Source: an uncultured Collinsella sp.
GTDB taxonomy: Bacteria > Actinomycetota > Coriobacteriia > Coriobacteriales > Coriobacteriaceae
Reading direction: 5' to 3'
Assembly: GCA_900541025.1 (NCBI GenBank)
Contig: UQIL01000006.1
Span: 31,519 to 95,518 of the forward strand
DNA: 64,000 nt
Shown: in pieces, positions 1-8,991 of the stretch
Layout: every line of letters starts with the position of its first letter
How positions within the stretch are numbered: the first letter of the stretch is position 1
Program-made: the position numbers and the translations under genes
Notes under the pieces: generated by a model
Databases searched by the model: none
What the model was told of the DNA's origin: nothing
The model's input: the letters and a program-made list of their open reading frames with translations, nothing else

Positions 1-435
1 CCAAAAAGGCTGGTTGTTGTCCTCGATGGGGCAGATGGCCTTTGCCACCGAGAGGATGTCCTGCTGGTTGGGCCTGCCGTCCGCCTTGCGGCGAATGTGC
101 CTCAGGGGGTTGTAGCCGCAGCGCTCGATGCCGGGCGCAAGGGCCGGGACGGTGTTGAGGTCGGCGAAGTTGAGACATTGCACGCGGTAACCGTGGGCTG
201 CCAGCACGGGTCCCACTTCGCGACAGAGCGTGCCTTTGGTGTCGAGCACGATGTAGCTTGCGTTCATTTGCAGCAGGTTGGGCTTGAGAACGTTTCGGGT
301 CTTGCCGGCTCCCGAGGGGCCGATTACGAGCATATTGTTGTTGAGGCCCGTTTGACGCGTATCACACGAGAGTGCGTGGGCTTGCGCAAGGATGGTGGGG
401 GCCGGGGCATGCAGGGCTGTGTTGAGGTTAGACAT
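1..435 (-). CDS. VirD4/TraG-type type IV secretion coupling protein, N-terminal part (gene runs off the left edge)
   Basis: Own translation of the minus strand from ATG 433-435 (SD AAGGAG upstream): MSNLNTALHAPAPTILAQAHALSCDTRQTGLNNNMLVIGPSGAGKTRNVLKPNLLQMNASYIVLDTKGTL...NQPFW. It shows Walker A GPSGAGKT plus the NNNxLVIGxSGxGKT / KPNLLQ / DxKG / PFW pattern of ICE coupling proteins. Absent from the ORF track because it is open at the window edge. Confidence 0.7.
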   Translation of the reverse strand, partial: MSNLNTALHAPAPTILAQAHALSCDTRQTGLNNNMLVIGPSGAGKTRNVLKPNLLQMNASYIVLDTKGTLCREVGPVLAAHGYRVQCLNFADLNTVPALAPGIERCGYNPLRHIRRKADGRPNQQDILSVAKAICPIEDNNQPFW

Positions 436-1045
436 GGGCGGTCTCCTTGGTCGAGGTGAGAATGCCGTGGGCAAAGCCGAGCTCGACGGCGCGCTCGGCC
501 GAAAGGTACGTATCCTTTGCCGTGAGTGTTTGGATACGCTTGGCCGAAAGGCCGCTGCGATCAGACAGGATTTGCGTCAGGGCCTTGCGGGTCTGCATGA
601 GACGCCGGCTTGTTTCCTGGAGTGCTAGGGCCGAGCCCCCAGCTCCTTGCGGGATGAGCGGGTCGTGAATCATGAGTTCTGCATGGGGCGCCATACGGCG
701 CTCGTCGCCACCCATGAAGATGATGGCGCCCATAGAGGCCGCAAACTCCAGGCAGACGGTGTGGATGGGGCACGGCGAGAGGCGCATGGTGTCGTAGATG
801 GCGAGGCCGGCGCGCACGCTGCCGCCGGGGCTGGCAACAAAGACCGTGATGGGGGCCGTGGGGTCTGCGGCCTCGAGCAGACGAATCTGCTGGCACAGAT
901 CGTGTGCCATCGCACTGTTGATGTCGCCCACGACGGAAAGCTCACGTCGGGCGAGCATCTCGTCGTAGACGGAAGTGAGCGTTATGCCACGAGCCGACTC
1001 GCGCATCGTGAGCGGGCTGATGACAGGGGTCTGAGTGGTGTCCAT
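428..1045 (-). CDS. ClpP-like serine protease (Clp protease proteolytic subunit family)
   Basis: ORF 428..1192 trimmed to ATG 1045 (SD GAAAGGAA). Motifs FAASMGA (Ser), MIHDP (His) and a conserved C-terminal half are present. The stop overlaps the VirD4-like start by 8 nt. Confidence 0.85.
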   Translation of the reverse strand: MDTTQTPVISPLTMRESARGITLTSVYDEMLARRELSVVGDINSAMAHDLCQQIRLLEAADPTAPITVFVASPGGSVRAGLAIYDTMRLSPCPIHTVCLEFAASMGAIIFMGGDERRMAPHAELMIHDPLIPQGAGGSALALQETSRRLMQTRKALTQILSDRSGLSAKRIQTLTAKDTYLSAERAVELGFAHGILTSTKETAHV

Positions 1046-1100
1046 GAAGGTTCCTTTCTTAACGTAGGACGAGGTTCTATTAGGGTTGGTGAAGCTGGCG

Positions 1101-2000
1101 CTAAAGCTCAAAGGCTCGATCGAGCCTGCGCTCAAGCTCCGTTGTAACTTTGCGGTCGGCGGCTTTTGCCAGCGACTCGTCGAATGCGCCAAGTCGTATC
1201 AGCGTGGCAATGGGCGCGGTGTAGGCAAGGTGCAGCTGGCGCTCGAGATCATCGGGAAATTCGTTGGGGTCGTAGCGCTTCTGGTAGAAGTGAACGATGC
1301 TTCGGCTCATCTCCCATTCATCGCGGTAGCGCTCGAACTGCCGCTGCTGGATATCGATAATCCGGACCGTCTGGGTGCGAAGGCCAACAGGCGCCAATGC
1401 TCGATAACCGTCGAAGAGACGATTGAGGCTGAGTATGCGGAGCATGTCGATAAGGGTGCGAACCGTCGTCGGGCCGACCTGGAATCGGGCGGTTGCGCGG
1501 TTGTAACGTTCGCGGTCGAGCACCATGATGCTGGGTGGTCCCGATGGGTCTGCCGTATCGTCCTGCCCGCAGTTTGCCTGCTGGTGCCGCGCCTCCAAGG
1601 CGTTGAGACCCATGGCGAGGTCGTGAATGGGAAGCGTCAGAGCGTTTTGCAGATCGTATCGATGATCCATCAATGTCATCCGCGTCTCGTCGTCCATGTC
1701 GAGTCGCAACTTGGTATCGAGTGCCGTGATCATATGCGCTAGATGGCCCATGGTATACGGGCCGTCGGTCTTGCCGTGGGGTCCGAGATAAGGGTCGGTC
1801 AGCTCACGGACGGCCGAATCGTCCATGATCTCGGCACAGCGATTCGCCGAAAACTCGTGGTTACTTAGAGCCTCGTCGATGGACAGCAAGGCGAAGTTTG
1901 CAATCGTGGCAGCGGCGAAGCTGGCGTCGTAGCCACCGTGTAGGGCGCGGTCGATGCGGGCCTGGAGGACGGTGCCGGCGGTTTGGGGATGGGTGTTCAT
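1101..2000 (-). CDS. hypothetical protein, 299 aa, no family recognised
   Basis: Long ORF with ordinary amino-acid composition, same strand and tightly upstream of the ClpP-like gene. The antisense ORFs are Arg/Gly-rich junk. Confidence 0.55.
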   Translation of the reverse strand: MNTHPQTAGTVLQARIDRALHGGYDASFAAATIANFALLSIDEALSNHEFSANRCAEIMDDSAVRELTDPYLGPHGKTDGPYTMGHLAHMITALDTKLRLDMDDETRMTLMDHRYDLQNALTLPIHDLAMGLNALEARHQQANCGQDDTADPSGPPSIMVLDRERYNRATARFQVGPTTVRTLIDMLRILSLNRLFDGYRALAPVGLRTQTVRIIDIQQRQFERYRDEWEMSRSIVHFYQKRYDPNEFPDDLERQLHLAYTAPIATLIRLGAFDESLAKAADRKVTTELERRLDRAFEL

Positions 2001-2016
2001 GGCGTTTCCAATCTGT

Positions 2017-2082
2017 GATGTGCTTGCTTGCGAGTGATGTGCTGGGTGTCGTTGGTGATGTGCTTGCGGTTCTTGATGTGCT
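2017..2082. repeat. four direct copies of TGATGTGCT(T/G)G, iteron/operator-like
   Basis: Copies start at 2017, 2035, 2057 and 2074 (spacing 18/22/17 nt). They lie immediately upstream (minus sense AGCACATCA) of the ATG at 2000. Confidence 0.8.
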
Positions 2083-2426
2083 GGATTGGGTGCTATGGGG
2101 CCAATATGCTCGAAGGACGTTTGCCGGGTGATGGGCGTGCTCCGTGCTTAGACGGAACAGCTGACGTCAACGAGCGCCTTGGGCGGTCTTGCTCCGCTAT
2201 TTAGTTGTCGATAAAAGATGCTTGGTGTTCATATGCCGATCTTCCTTCTCTTACATGCTGAAAACTGAAACTGAATATGCTCGACCAAATGGTGACCAAC
2301 GTTGCGGTCATCTTCAACTTAATCAGGCTCCAGCGATTTGGCAAGTATCTTTTTCAAAAATGTTCTTCGGGGGATGCTCGGCTCGGATATGATGGTGCGC
2401 GGCAAACTCAATGCAGGGAGGCATAT

Positions 2427-3269
2427 ATGGCAATCAAAGCCATCGCAATGGATATCGATGGTACGCTCACCAACGACCAGAAGGTGATTAGCCCGCGCAC
2501 GCGCGAGAAACTGCTCGCGGCACAGGAGTCGGGCATCAAGCTCATCTTGGCTTCGGGCCGTCCTGCATGGGGCCTTCATGCCCTGGCGCAGGAGCTCGAC
2601 CTTCAGAATCACGATGGCCTGCTCGTGGCCTTTAACGGCGCGCACGTTGTCGATGCCCAGACCGACGAGGTGCTGTTTGACCAGGCTATGCCGGTTGACG
2701 AGCTGCACCGCCTGCTCGACCACCTGCGCAACTTTGACGTGATCCCCATGATCTCGCTCGGTCGCGACCTGCATGTCGTGGACTCGTATCGCTGCATGAT
2801 CACGTTGCCGGACGGTTCGCAGAAGAACATCGTCAAGTACGAGCGCGATGCGTGCGATCTTAAGATTCGCGAGGTCGAGAGCCTTCATGAGGTCGCGGAT
2901 ACTTACCCCGTAGACAAGCTGCTTACCGCGGGCGATCCGGCCTATCTGCAGGCACATCACGAGGAGATGTACGCGCCCTTTACCGAGACGCTTTCGGGCA
3001 TGTTCACGGCAGATTGGTACTTTGAGTTTACGGCGCCTGGTATCGATAAGGCACGTGCGCTTCAGGGCGCTCTGCCCAAGCTTGGCATCGATGCCAGCGA
3101 GGTCGTTTCGTTTGGCGACGGCCAGAATGACAAGTCCATGATCGAGTGGGCGGGTACGGGCGTTGCCATGGGTAACGCCGTCGATGAGGTCAAGGCCGTG
3201 GCCCAGATGGTGACCGCAAATAACAACGAAGACGGCATCGCGGTGGCACTCGACAAGCTGCTGGGTTAG
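2427..3269 (+). CDS. Cof-type HAD-IIB sugar phosphatase
   Basis: ORF 2277..3269 trimmed to ATG 2427 (SD GGGAGG). It has the MDIDGTL nucleophile motif, GRP, and a C-terminal GDGQND. Confidence 0.85.
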   Translation: MAIKAIAMDIDGTLTNDQKVISPRTREKLLAAQESGIKLILASGRPAWGLHALAQELDLQNHDGLLVAFNGAHVVDAQTDEVLFDQAMPVDELHRLLDHLRNFDVIPMISLGRDLHVVDSYRCMITLPDGSQKNIVKYERDACDLKIREVESLHEVADTYPVDKLLTAGDPAYLQAHHEEMYAPFTETLSGMFTADWYFEFTAPGIDKARALQGALPKLGIDASEVVSFGDGQNDKSMIEWAGTGVAMGNAVDEVKAVAQMVTANNNEDGIAVALDKLLG

Positions 3270-3292
3270 AATCGCCGATAGTGCATGGTTCG

Positions 3293-3320
3293 GGCGTCCG
3301 CTTGCGGGCGCCTTTTTGTT
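3293..3320 (+). terminator. candidate rho-independent terminator
   Basis: GGCGTCC/GGGCGCC stem (one G-U pair) followed by TTTTTGTT. Confidence 0.5.
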
Positions 3321-3332
3321 AGGGAGGGTGCC

Positions 3333-3992
3333 GTGTCCGCATTTCCGTTCGACGCCGTTATCTTTGACATGGACGGCGTCATCGTCGATACCGAGTATTA
3401 CTACCTGGGGGAGACCGCTGCGTTTGCCAAAGAGCTTGGGCTGAGCCTGACCCAAGAGGAGTTGAACGGGCAGGTTGGCACCTCGCATCAGTTCTTTTTG
3501 CATATGCTGGTCGATTGGTTTGAGCGCGCCGGAAAGGGGCACTTTACCGGCGAGGAGGCATTGGCCCGCTGGGATGAGTGGGCACATAAACGACCGCGCG
3601 ATTATCAGACCCTGATCAATCCGGGCGCCGTGGAGACGATTCGCGAGCTCCCGCGCCGCGGCGTTCGCGTGGCGCTGGCCAGCTCGTCTCCCATGGACAG
3701 CATCGAGGAAGTGCTCGATGCGTGCGGTCTGTCGGATGCCTTTGAGTACGTGGTGAGCGGCGAGCAGTTTAAGGAGAGCAAGCCCGAGCCCGATATTTAC
3801 CTGCATGCGCTGGATCTGCTGGGGTTGCCCGCGGACCGTTGCTGCTGCGTCGAGGACTCTGTCCCTGGCATTACGGCAGGTAAGCGAGCGGGTCTGACGG
3901 TGATTGCCAAACGCGAGGAGCGCTTCGGCTTTAGCCAGGATGCCGCTGACAAGATCATCGACCAGCTGCCGGAGCTGCTGGAGCTTGCGTAG
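3333..3992 (+). CDS. HAD-IA hydrolase (beta-phosphoglucomutase/phosphatase-like)
   Basis: DAVIFDMDGVIVDTE motif and a later VEDSVPG. GTG 3333 is preferred because SD AGGGAGGG is at 3321-3328 and the terminator sits inside the longer ORF that starts at 3285. Confidence 0.8.
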   Translation: MSAFPFDAVIFDMDGVIVDTEYYYLGETAAFAKELGLSLTQEELNGQVGTSHQFFLHMLVDWFERAGKGHFTGEEALARWDEWAHKRPRDYQTLINPGAVETIRELPRRGVRVALASSSPMDSIEEVLDACGLSDAFEYVVSGEQFKESKPEPDIYLHALDLLGLPADRCCCVEDSVPGITAGKRAGLTVIAKREERFGFSQDAADKIIDQLPELLELA

Positions 3993-4050
3993 GACTGGCG
4001 ATGCGTAATCCGCACCGATTATTGATTCCATATTTGCCAGGGGAGGGCAA

Positions 4051-4794
4051 ATGCCATCGACTGAAGGGTTGACCGACGGAAAAGCGGCAATCCCGCTATA
4101 TCAACAGGTTATCGATATCATCAAAAATGACATCAATTCTGGTACCTATAAGGCGGGCGCTCGGATACCGAATGAATTCGAATTGGCCGAAAGCTACAAA
4201 GTTGGTCGCGTTACCGTTCGGCGGGCCATTGAGGAGCTCGTGCAGCAGGGCTACCTAACCAAGCAGCAGGGGAGGGGCACGTTTGTAAACGCCCCCAAGC
4301 TCAAGCGTAAAATCCGCCAGAAGGACGACGTTCAGAGTTTTTCGGACGCCTGCCGCGTCAACGAGATGGAGCCCGGGGCGCGTATTGTCTCAAGAAAAGT
4401 GTTGCCGGCCGATGCTACCGAAGCGCAGTTTTTTGGCGTTCCCGCTGGGTCGGAGCTGATCTGCATCGAACGCGTGCGCACCGCCGATGGCATCCCCGTG
4501 ATGCTCGAGAACAACACGTACGTTTATGAAGACAACGCCTTTTTGGCGAAGGCGGACCTTACCGATCAATCAATTTTCGAGGTCGTGCGCGAACAGACGG
4601 GTCGCGGGCCTGCTCGCACCGAGCCGTGCACGCTTGAGATCGCGTGTGCGTCACCCGAAGTCGCCCGGCTGCTGTCCGTTCCCACGGGAGAGCCTCTGTT
4701 TTATATGGAGGCATATTTCTATGACGAGCAGCAGCGGCCGTTTATCATCGGCCGACAGCGGATTGTAGGATCGCGCTACGTTTTTGATATTTAG
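4051..4794 (+). CDS. GntR/HutC-family transcriptional regulator with UTRA domain (FrlR-like by context)
   Basis: N-terminal winged HTH (PLYQQV...G.RIPNEFELAESYKVGRVTVRRAIEEL) and a C-terminal UTRA-like half. SD GGGAGGG. Confidence 0.85.
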   Translation: MPSTEGLTDGKAAIPLYQQVIDIIKNDINSGTYKAGARIPNEFELAESYKVGRVTVRRAIEELVQQGYLTKQQGRGTFVNAPKLKRKIRQKDDVQSFSDACRVNEMEPGARIVSRKVLPADATEAQFFGVPAGSELICIERVRTADGIPVMLENNTYVYEDNAFLAKADLTDQSIFEVVREQTGRGPARTEPCTLEIACASPEVARLLSVPTGEPLFYMEAYFYDEQQRPFIIGRQRIVGSRYVFDI

Positions 4795-4810
4795 GACGTT
4801 GATCAAGAGA

Positions 4811-4846
4811 ACGCCCGGCAGGCTAAATTGCCTGCCGGGCGTTTTT
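4811..4846 (+). terminator. rho-independent terminator
   Basis: ACGCCCGGCAGG ... CCTGCCGGGCGT perfect stem followed by TTTTT. Confidence 0.8.
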
Positions 4847-4906
4847 GCCGTTCGCCGCCGTTGAACGACCGTTCACCCGAGTCTTCGCAACCTGTCCGAA
4901 ATATCC

Positions 4907-4955
4907 TTGAAGTGCTAAAAACACGCTGATAATCTATAGAACGTCATAGGACGTT
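4907..4955 (+). promoter_or_regulatory. candidate promoter plus palindromic operator AACGTC-N4-GACGTT
   Basis: TTGAAG-17-TAATCT (or GATAAT) followed by palindrome 4940-4955. Related half-sites GGACGTT (about 4797) and GAACGTT (about 4968) lie nearby. It is located between the GntR gene and the transporter gene. Confidence 0.35.
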
Positions 4956-5014
4956 TGCATTGCGCGAACGTTAAAGCGAGACACGATAAGGTCTCGGGTT
5001 CTTTGGAGGTATCT

Positions 5015-6478
5015 ATGTCAGATACGAAGGCGAAGAAGACAAACAGACGTTTCAAATTCAAATTACCGCACGTCTATACGATCATGTTCTTGCTGATCGT
5101 GGTTTTTGCAGTTTTAACCTGGGTCGTTCCTTCTGGCCAATACCAGCGCAAGACGATCTCGACTGCGGCAGGCGAGCGTGAGGTCGCCGTTGCCGGAACC
5201 TATGAACAGGTCGACAAGAACTACACCGATTCCGAGACCGGCGAGACCACCAACTTGGGGCAGGACATCTTTGCGGTTTTGCAAGCACCCACTAAGGGCA
5301 TTCAGGAGGCTGCCGATGTCGTTGCCTTTGTCTTGCTGATTGGTGGTTCGTTTGCAATCATCACGAAGACCAATGCGCTCAACGCTGGCATGAGCCGAGT
5401 AATCAAGAAGCTCAAAAACAAAGATATTCTGATTATTCCCATCACGATGACGCTGTTGTCCATTTGCGGCACCACGTTTGGCATGTCTGAGGAAGCCCTG
5501 CCGTTCTATGCCATCTTCATCCCCATCATGATGGGCATCGGATATGACTCCATGACGGCATTCATCATCTGCTTCCTCGGTCCCAACTTGGGCTACTGCG
5601 CCTCGACGATTGACCCGTTCAACGTTTTGATCGCGCAGGGCATCATTGGCATCGAGGGCAACCCGCAGCTGTGGTTGCGTGCCGTTGCATGGGTTTTTTT
5701 CACCGCCGCCGGCATCGCATGGGCCATGCGCTATGCCATGCGCGTCAAGAAGAACCCCAAGTCGTCCGTTACGTTCGAGGACGACAAACTCAAGCGCATT
5801 GAGTTCTCCGTGACCGATGCTTCCATCGAGGAAGAGTTCACCACTCGCCAGAAGCTCGTGCTGATTGATTTTGCCGGTGGTATGGCGCTTATCGTGTGGG
5901 GTCTTGTTACGCAGGGCTGGTATATGAACGAGATCTCTGCCGTGTTCCTTGGCATGGGGCTGCTCGCCGGTATCCTGGGCGGTCTTGACCAGCAGACCAT
6001 CGCCGATGAGTTCGTTAAGGGTCTTGCCGACTTTGCCTACGCAGCCGTCGTTATCGGTATTGCTCGCGGCATTCTGGTCATCGCCGAGGGCGGCATGATT
6101 ATCGACACCATCCTTCAGGCACTTGCCACTCTGCTTGCTGGAGCCCCTGCCGCCGTGTACACCACGTTCATGTACGTTGTCCTTGGCCTCCTGTCCTTCC
6201 TGGTTCCTTCGAGCTCCGGCCTGGCCGCGCTTACCATGCCTGTCATGGGTCCTTTGACCGAGCTTATGGGCCTCAACCCCGAAGCCGCCGTAACGGCGCT
6301 GCAGTTTGCCAACCAGACCATTAACACCATTAGCCCCGTGGCAGGTATGACGGTGGCGGGCCTTGCCGTGGCAAAGATCTCGTTTGGCCAATGGTGGAAG
6401 ACCATCTGGAAGTTCTTCATCTTTATGGTCGTGTTTGGCTTGGTCATTACCGCCATCTCCGGCATGCTTCCGGCGTAA
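5015..6478 (+). CDS. YfcC/DcuC-family (C4-dicarboxylate anaerobic carrier superfamily) membrane transporter
   Basis: ORF trimmed to ATG 5015 (SD GGAGG). Polytopic membrane protein of about 487 aa with the YfcC-like pattern. Confidence 0.85.
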   Translation: MSDTKAKKTNRRFKFKLPHVYTIMFLLIVVFAVLTWVVPSGQYQRKTISTAAGEREVAVAGTYEQVDKNYTDSETGETTNLGQDIFAVLQAPTKGIQEAADVVAFVLLIGGSFAIITKTNALNAGMSRVIKKLKNKDILIIPITMTLLSICGTTFGMSEEALPFYAIFIPIMMGIGYDSMTAFIICFLGPNLGYCASTIDPFNVLIAQGIIGIEGNPQLWLRAVAWVFFTAAGIAWAMRYAMRVKKNPKSSVTFEDDKLKRIEFSVTDASIEEEFTTRQKLVLIDFAGGMALIVWGLVTQGWYMNEISAVFLGMGLLAGILGGLDQQTIADEFVKGLADFAYAAVVIGIARGILVIAEGGMIIDTILQALATLLAGAPAAVYTTFMYVVLGLLSFLVPSSSGLAALTMPVMGPLTELMGLNPEAAVTALQFANQTINTISPVAGMTVAGLAVAKISFGQWWKTIWKFFIFMVVFGLVITAISGMLPA

Positions 6479-6488
6479 GGAGGTCGCG

Positions 6489-8072
6489 ATGTCCGATCGT
6501 TTGACGGTGCTGACGTCCAAGAGCGTCTTCACCGGTACGGAAGACCAGCCGTTTGAAGGTTTTGTCGCGGTACGCGGCAATCGGATTGAAGCCGTCGGTA
6601 GCGCTGGCGAGGCAGACTCGTTTCTCGCCCAGGCAGATGAGGTGATCGATTGTGGCGACAGAACGGTCATGCCTGGCTTGGTCGATGTGCATACGTTCTA
6701 TACGGGCTGGGCGTTGCGGAGCTTGGGAGCCGACTTATCCGAAGCCTCTGACGTCGACGAAGTGGTAGCGCTTCTGCGTTTGTGGAAGGATGCCCATCTC
6801 GATTGTGCCGCCGCCTTTGGGCACGACCTTCCCGCATCGCTCGCCGAAGGCGCCGAGAATGAAAAAACGGCGGCAGCGCTCGACGACGCCTTCGGAGACG
6901 TTCCTGTTGTTTGCTTTACTCCGGGTGCCGAGACGTGCGTTCTCAACGCCGCCGCCAGCGAGCGCTATGGTTTTACGCCCGAGGCCTGCTACGCCGAGAA
7001 GACCTGGCGTATGATGCGGGACTTCCTGGCGCTTCCCGAGGTACGCGCCGGGTATTCTGATTACATGGCGATGCTGAACGCTCGCGGTGTCACGGCTATC
7101 AAAGAGATGGCCTTCGACGACTATTACGGATTTGCCGACGAGATGGCGCGTCGTGAGGAATCTGGCGAGCTGACGGTTCGCGTCTCCATGATGTCGCAGC
7201 CGGTGGGCGCCGGGGCGAATCTGTCCTATGCTCGTGCGGCGCGCGATCGCTTCCAGGGACCGTTTGTTCGTTTCTCGGGCTTCAACCGTATGACCGATCG
7301 TGGCGTGTGGGCAGGACTTGCCGAGATGATCGATCCTTATGAGGAGACGGCCGATGCAGGGGCTGCCGGCAAGACGGTTGTCGAGGAGCCCGAGTGGGGT
7401 TTGATTGAGGACGAGCTGCGCGCGATTGATGCCGAGGGCTTCCGTTACTCGCTTCATTGTCAGGGTGACGGCGCCGTTCGCCACACCGTTGCGCTGTATG
7501 CTTCGCTGCCGCGAGATGAACACGGAGTCATGCTTCGACGCCATGCGATTACCGACCTCGAGAACTCTGATCCGGAAGACCTTGCCCTGTTTGGCAAGCT
7601 GGGCGGAATCTGCGAGGTCTACCCCCAGATCCTCACGCTCGATAAACGCGAGGACTGCCTGTCGATGATGCGTCGGCAGATCGGCGAGGTCCGACTGCTG
7701 CACAGCTGGAACCGTCGCGGTATGGAAGACGCGGGGTGCACGGTGTGCTGTGGCACCGACCTCCCGCTCTTGATTCCGAGCTTGGGCGAATCAGTATTTA
7801 GCGCATGCGGCGGTTTCTTTGCCGACGGTTTGTCCGTGAATGAGGGCAATACGCTGACGATTGCCGAGCTCCTTCGTGCGTGGACGGCAGGGGGCGCATA
7901 TGACCTCATGCGCGAGGATGAGCTGGGGACGCTCGAGGCCGGTAAGCTTGCCGACATCTGTGTGTTCGATCGCGATGTGTTTGGCCTTGACTACCATGAT
8001 GCTTGTGACCTTGCTGTTGATATGACCATGTCGGACGGACGTATCGTGTTCGACCGAAATAAGGAGGTTTAG
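6489..8072 (+). CDS. amidohydrolase-3 (YtcJ-like) metal-dependent hydrolase
   Basis: ATG 6489 (SD GGAGG). Motifs PGLVDVHTFY, HCQGDGA and CGTDLP. The first HxH is degenerate (H-T-F). Confidence 0.8.
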   Translation: MSDRLTVLTSKSVFTGTEDQPFEGFVAVRGNRIEAVGSAGEADSFLAQADEVIDCGDRTVMPGLVDVHTFYTGWALRSLGADLSEASDVDEVVALLRLWKDAHLDCAAAFGHDLPASLAEGAENEKTAAALDDAFGDVPVVCFTPGAETCVLNAAASERYGFTPEACYAEKTWRMMRDFLALPEVRAGYSDYMAMLNARGVTAIKEMAFDDYYGFADEMARREESGELTVRVSMMSQPVGAGANLSYARAARDRFQGPFVRFSGFNRMTDRGVWAGLAEMIDPYEETADAGAAGKTVVEEPEWGLIEDELRAIDAEGFRYSLHCQGDGAVRHTVALYASLPRDEHGVMLRRHAITDLENSDPEDLALFGKLGGICEVYPQILTLDKREDCLSMMRRQIGEVRLLHSWNRRGMEDAGCTVCCGTDLPLLIPSLGESVFSACGGFFADGLSVNEGNTLTIAELLRAWTAGGAYDLMREDELGTLEAGKLADICVFDRDVFGLDYHDACDLAVDMTMSDGRIVFDRNKEV

Positions 8073-8073
8073 C

Positions 8074-8925
8074 ATGCCTGAAACCAAACCGACGCTGCGT
8101 CGCGAGCAGATCGCGGGCATGAACATCCACTACATCATGTGGTCGCTCGACTTTTTTTTGGATACGCAACAGCGCCTGGGCTTTGAGTCCATCGAGCTGT
8201 GGTGCGCCGAGCCCCATGTGACGCTCGATCACACTGGGTATTTTGATGCCGAGGTTCTGGCGAAAAAGGCCGCCGACCGTGGTCTGCGCTATCGGACGCT
8301 CTGTCCCGAGAACGTGGTCTACCCATGGCAGTATTGCGCTCGTAAGCCGCTCCATGAGCAGCGGAGCCTGGCGTACTTCAAGCATGGCATCGAGCTTGCC
8401 GAGGTGCTGGGATGCGACCGCATGTCCGTAAACTCGGGTTGGGGTGACTGGGACGAGGATCGCGAAGAGGCGTGGAAGCGCAGTCGCGAGCACCTATCCA
8501 TCTTGGCGGAGTATGCCGGCGAGCACGGTCTGGTGCTAACGATGGAGAGCCTGCGTCCCGAGGAGAGCAACCTTGTGACGACCGTCGCCGATGCTAAGCG
8601 CATGATTGATGAGGTCGCGAGTCCGTACCTGCAGCCTATGGTCGATACGACCGCAATGGGCGTTGCGGGTGAGTCGCTCGAGGACTGGTTTGCCGCATTT
8701 GGCGACGGTGCGATCCACGAGATGCACTTTATCGACGGCGATCCCTATGGCCATCTGGTCTGGGGTGACGGCAAGCACGATATGGATGCCTTCGTCGCCA
8801 CGCTCAACGCCCATGGTTTCGATGGCATGTTGGGCCAGGAAATCACGGACGGTCGCTACTTCGATGATCCGGCGGCGGCAGATGCCAAGAACATGGCCGC
8901 CTTCGAGAAGTATTTGATTGACTAG
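8074..8925 (+). CDS. xylose-isomerase-like TIM-barrel sugar(-phosphate) isomerase/epimerase (FrlC-like by context)
   Basis: 283 aa with SD AAGGAGG, sitting 1 nt after the previous stop. Confidence 0.8.
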   Translation: MPETKPTLRREQIAGMNIHYIMWSLDFFLDTQQRLGFESIELWCAEPHVTLDHTGYFDAEVLAKKAADRGLRYRTLCPENVVYPWQYCARKPLHEQRSLAYFKHGIELAEVLGCDRMSVNSGWGDWDEDREEAWKRSREHLSILAEYAGEHGLVLTMESLRPEESNLVTTVADAKRMIDEVASPYLQPMVDTTAMGVAGESLEDWFAAFGDGAIHEMHFIDGDPYGHLVWGDGKHDMDAFVATLNAHGFDGMLGQEITDGRYFDDPAAADAKNMAAFEKYLID

Positions 8926-8991
8926 ATAAGATTTTGCTCGGCCATGCAAGACACGTCCTGCATGGCCGGCCAAGCTGGAAAGGAACTAAAC

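Noticed and set aside
97-459. 120-aa plus-strand ORF at the left edge
   Set aside because: It is antisense to the Walker-A-containing VirD4-like N-terminus, which has a strong SD.
2197-2232. 11-codon ORF MNTKHLLSTTK with SD-like GAAGGAAG on the minus strand
   Set aside because: It is too short and featureless, has no downstream gene on that strand to regulate, and cannot be distinguished from chance.
2319-4031. 570-aa ORF on the minus strand spanning both HAD genes
   Set aside because: It is antisense to two well-supported genes with clear motifs and SD sites. Its composition is Arg/Ala/Leu/Gly-rich, typical of shadow ORFs in GC-rich DNA, and it has no RBS.
5114-6670. 518-aa minus-strand ORF opposite the YfcC transporter gene
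   Set aside because: It is a shadow ORF with Gly/Arg/Asp-rich nonsense composition. The plus-strand membrane protein is clearly real.
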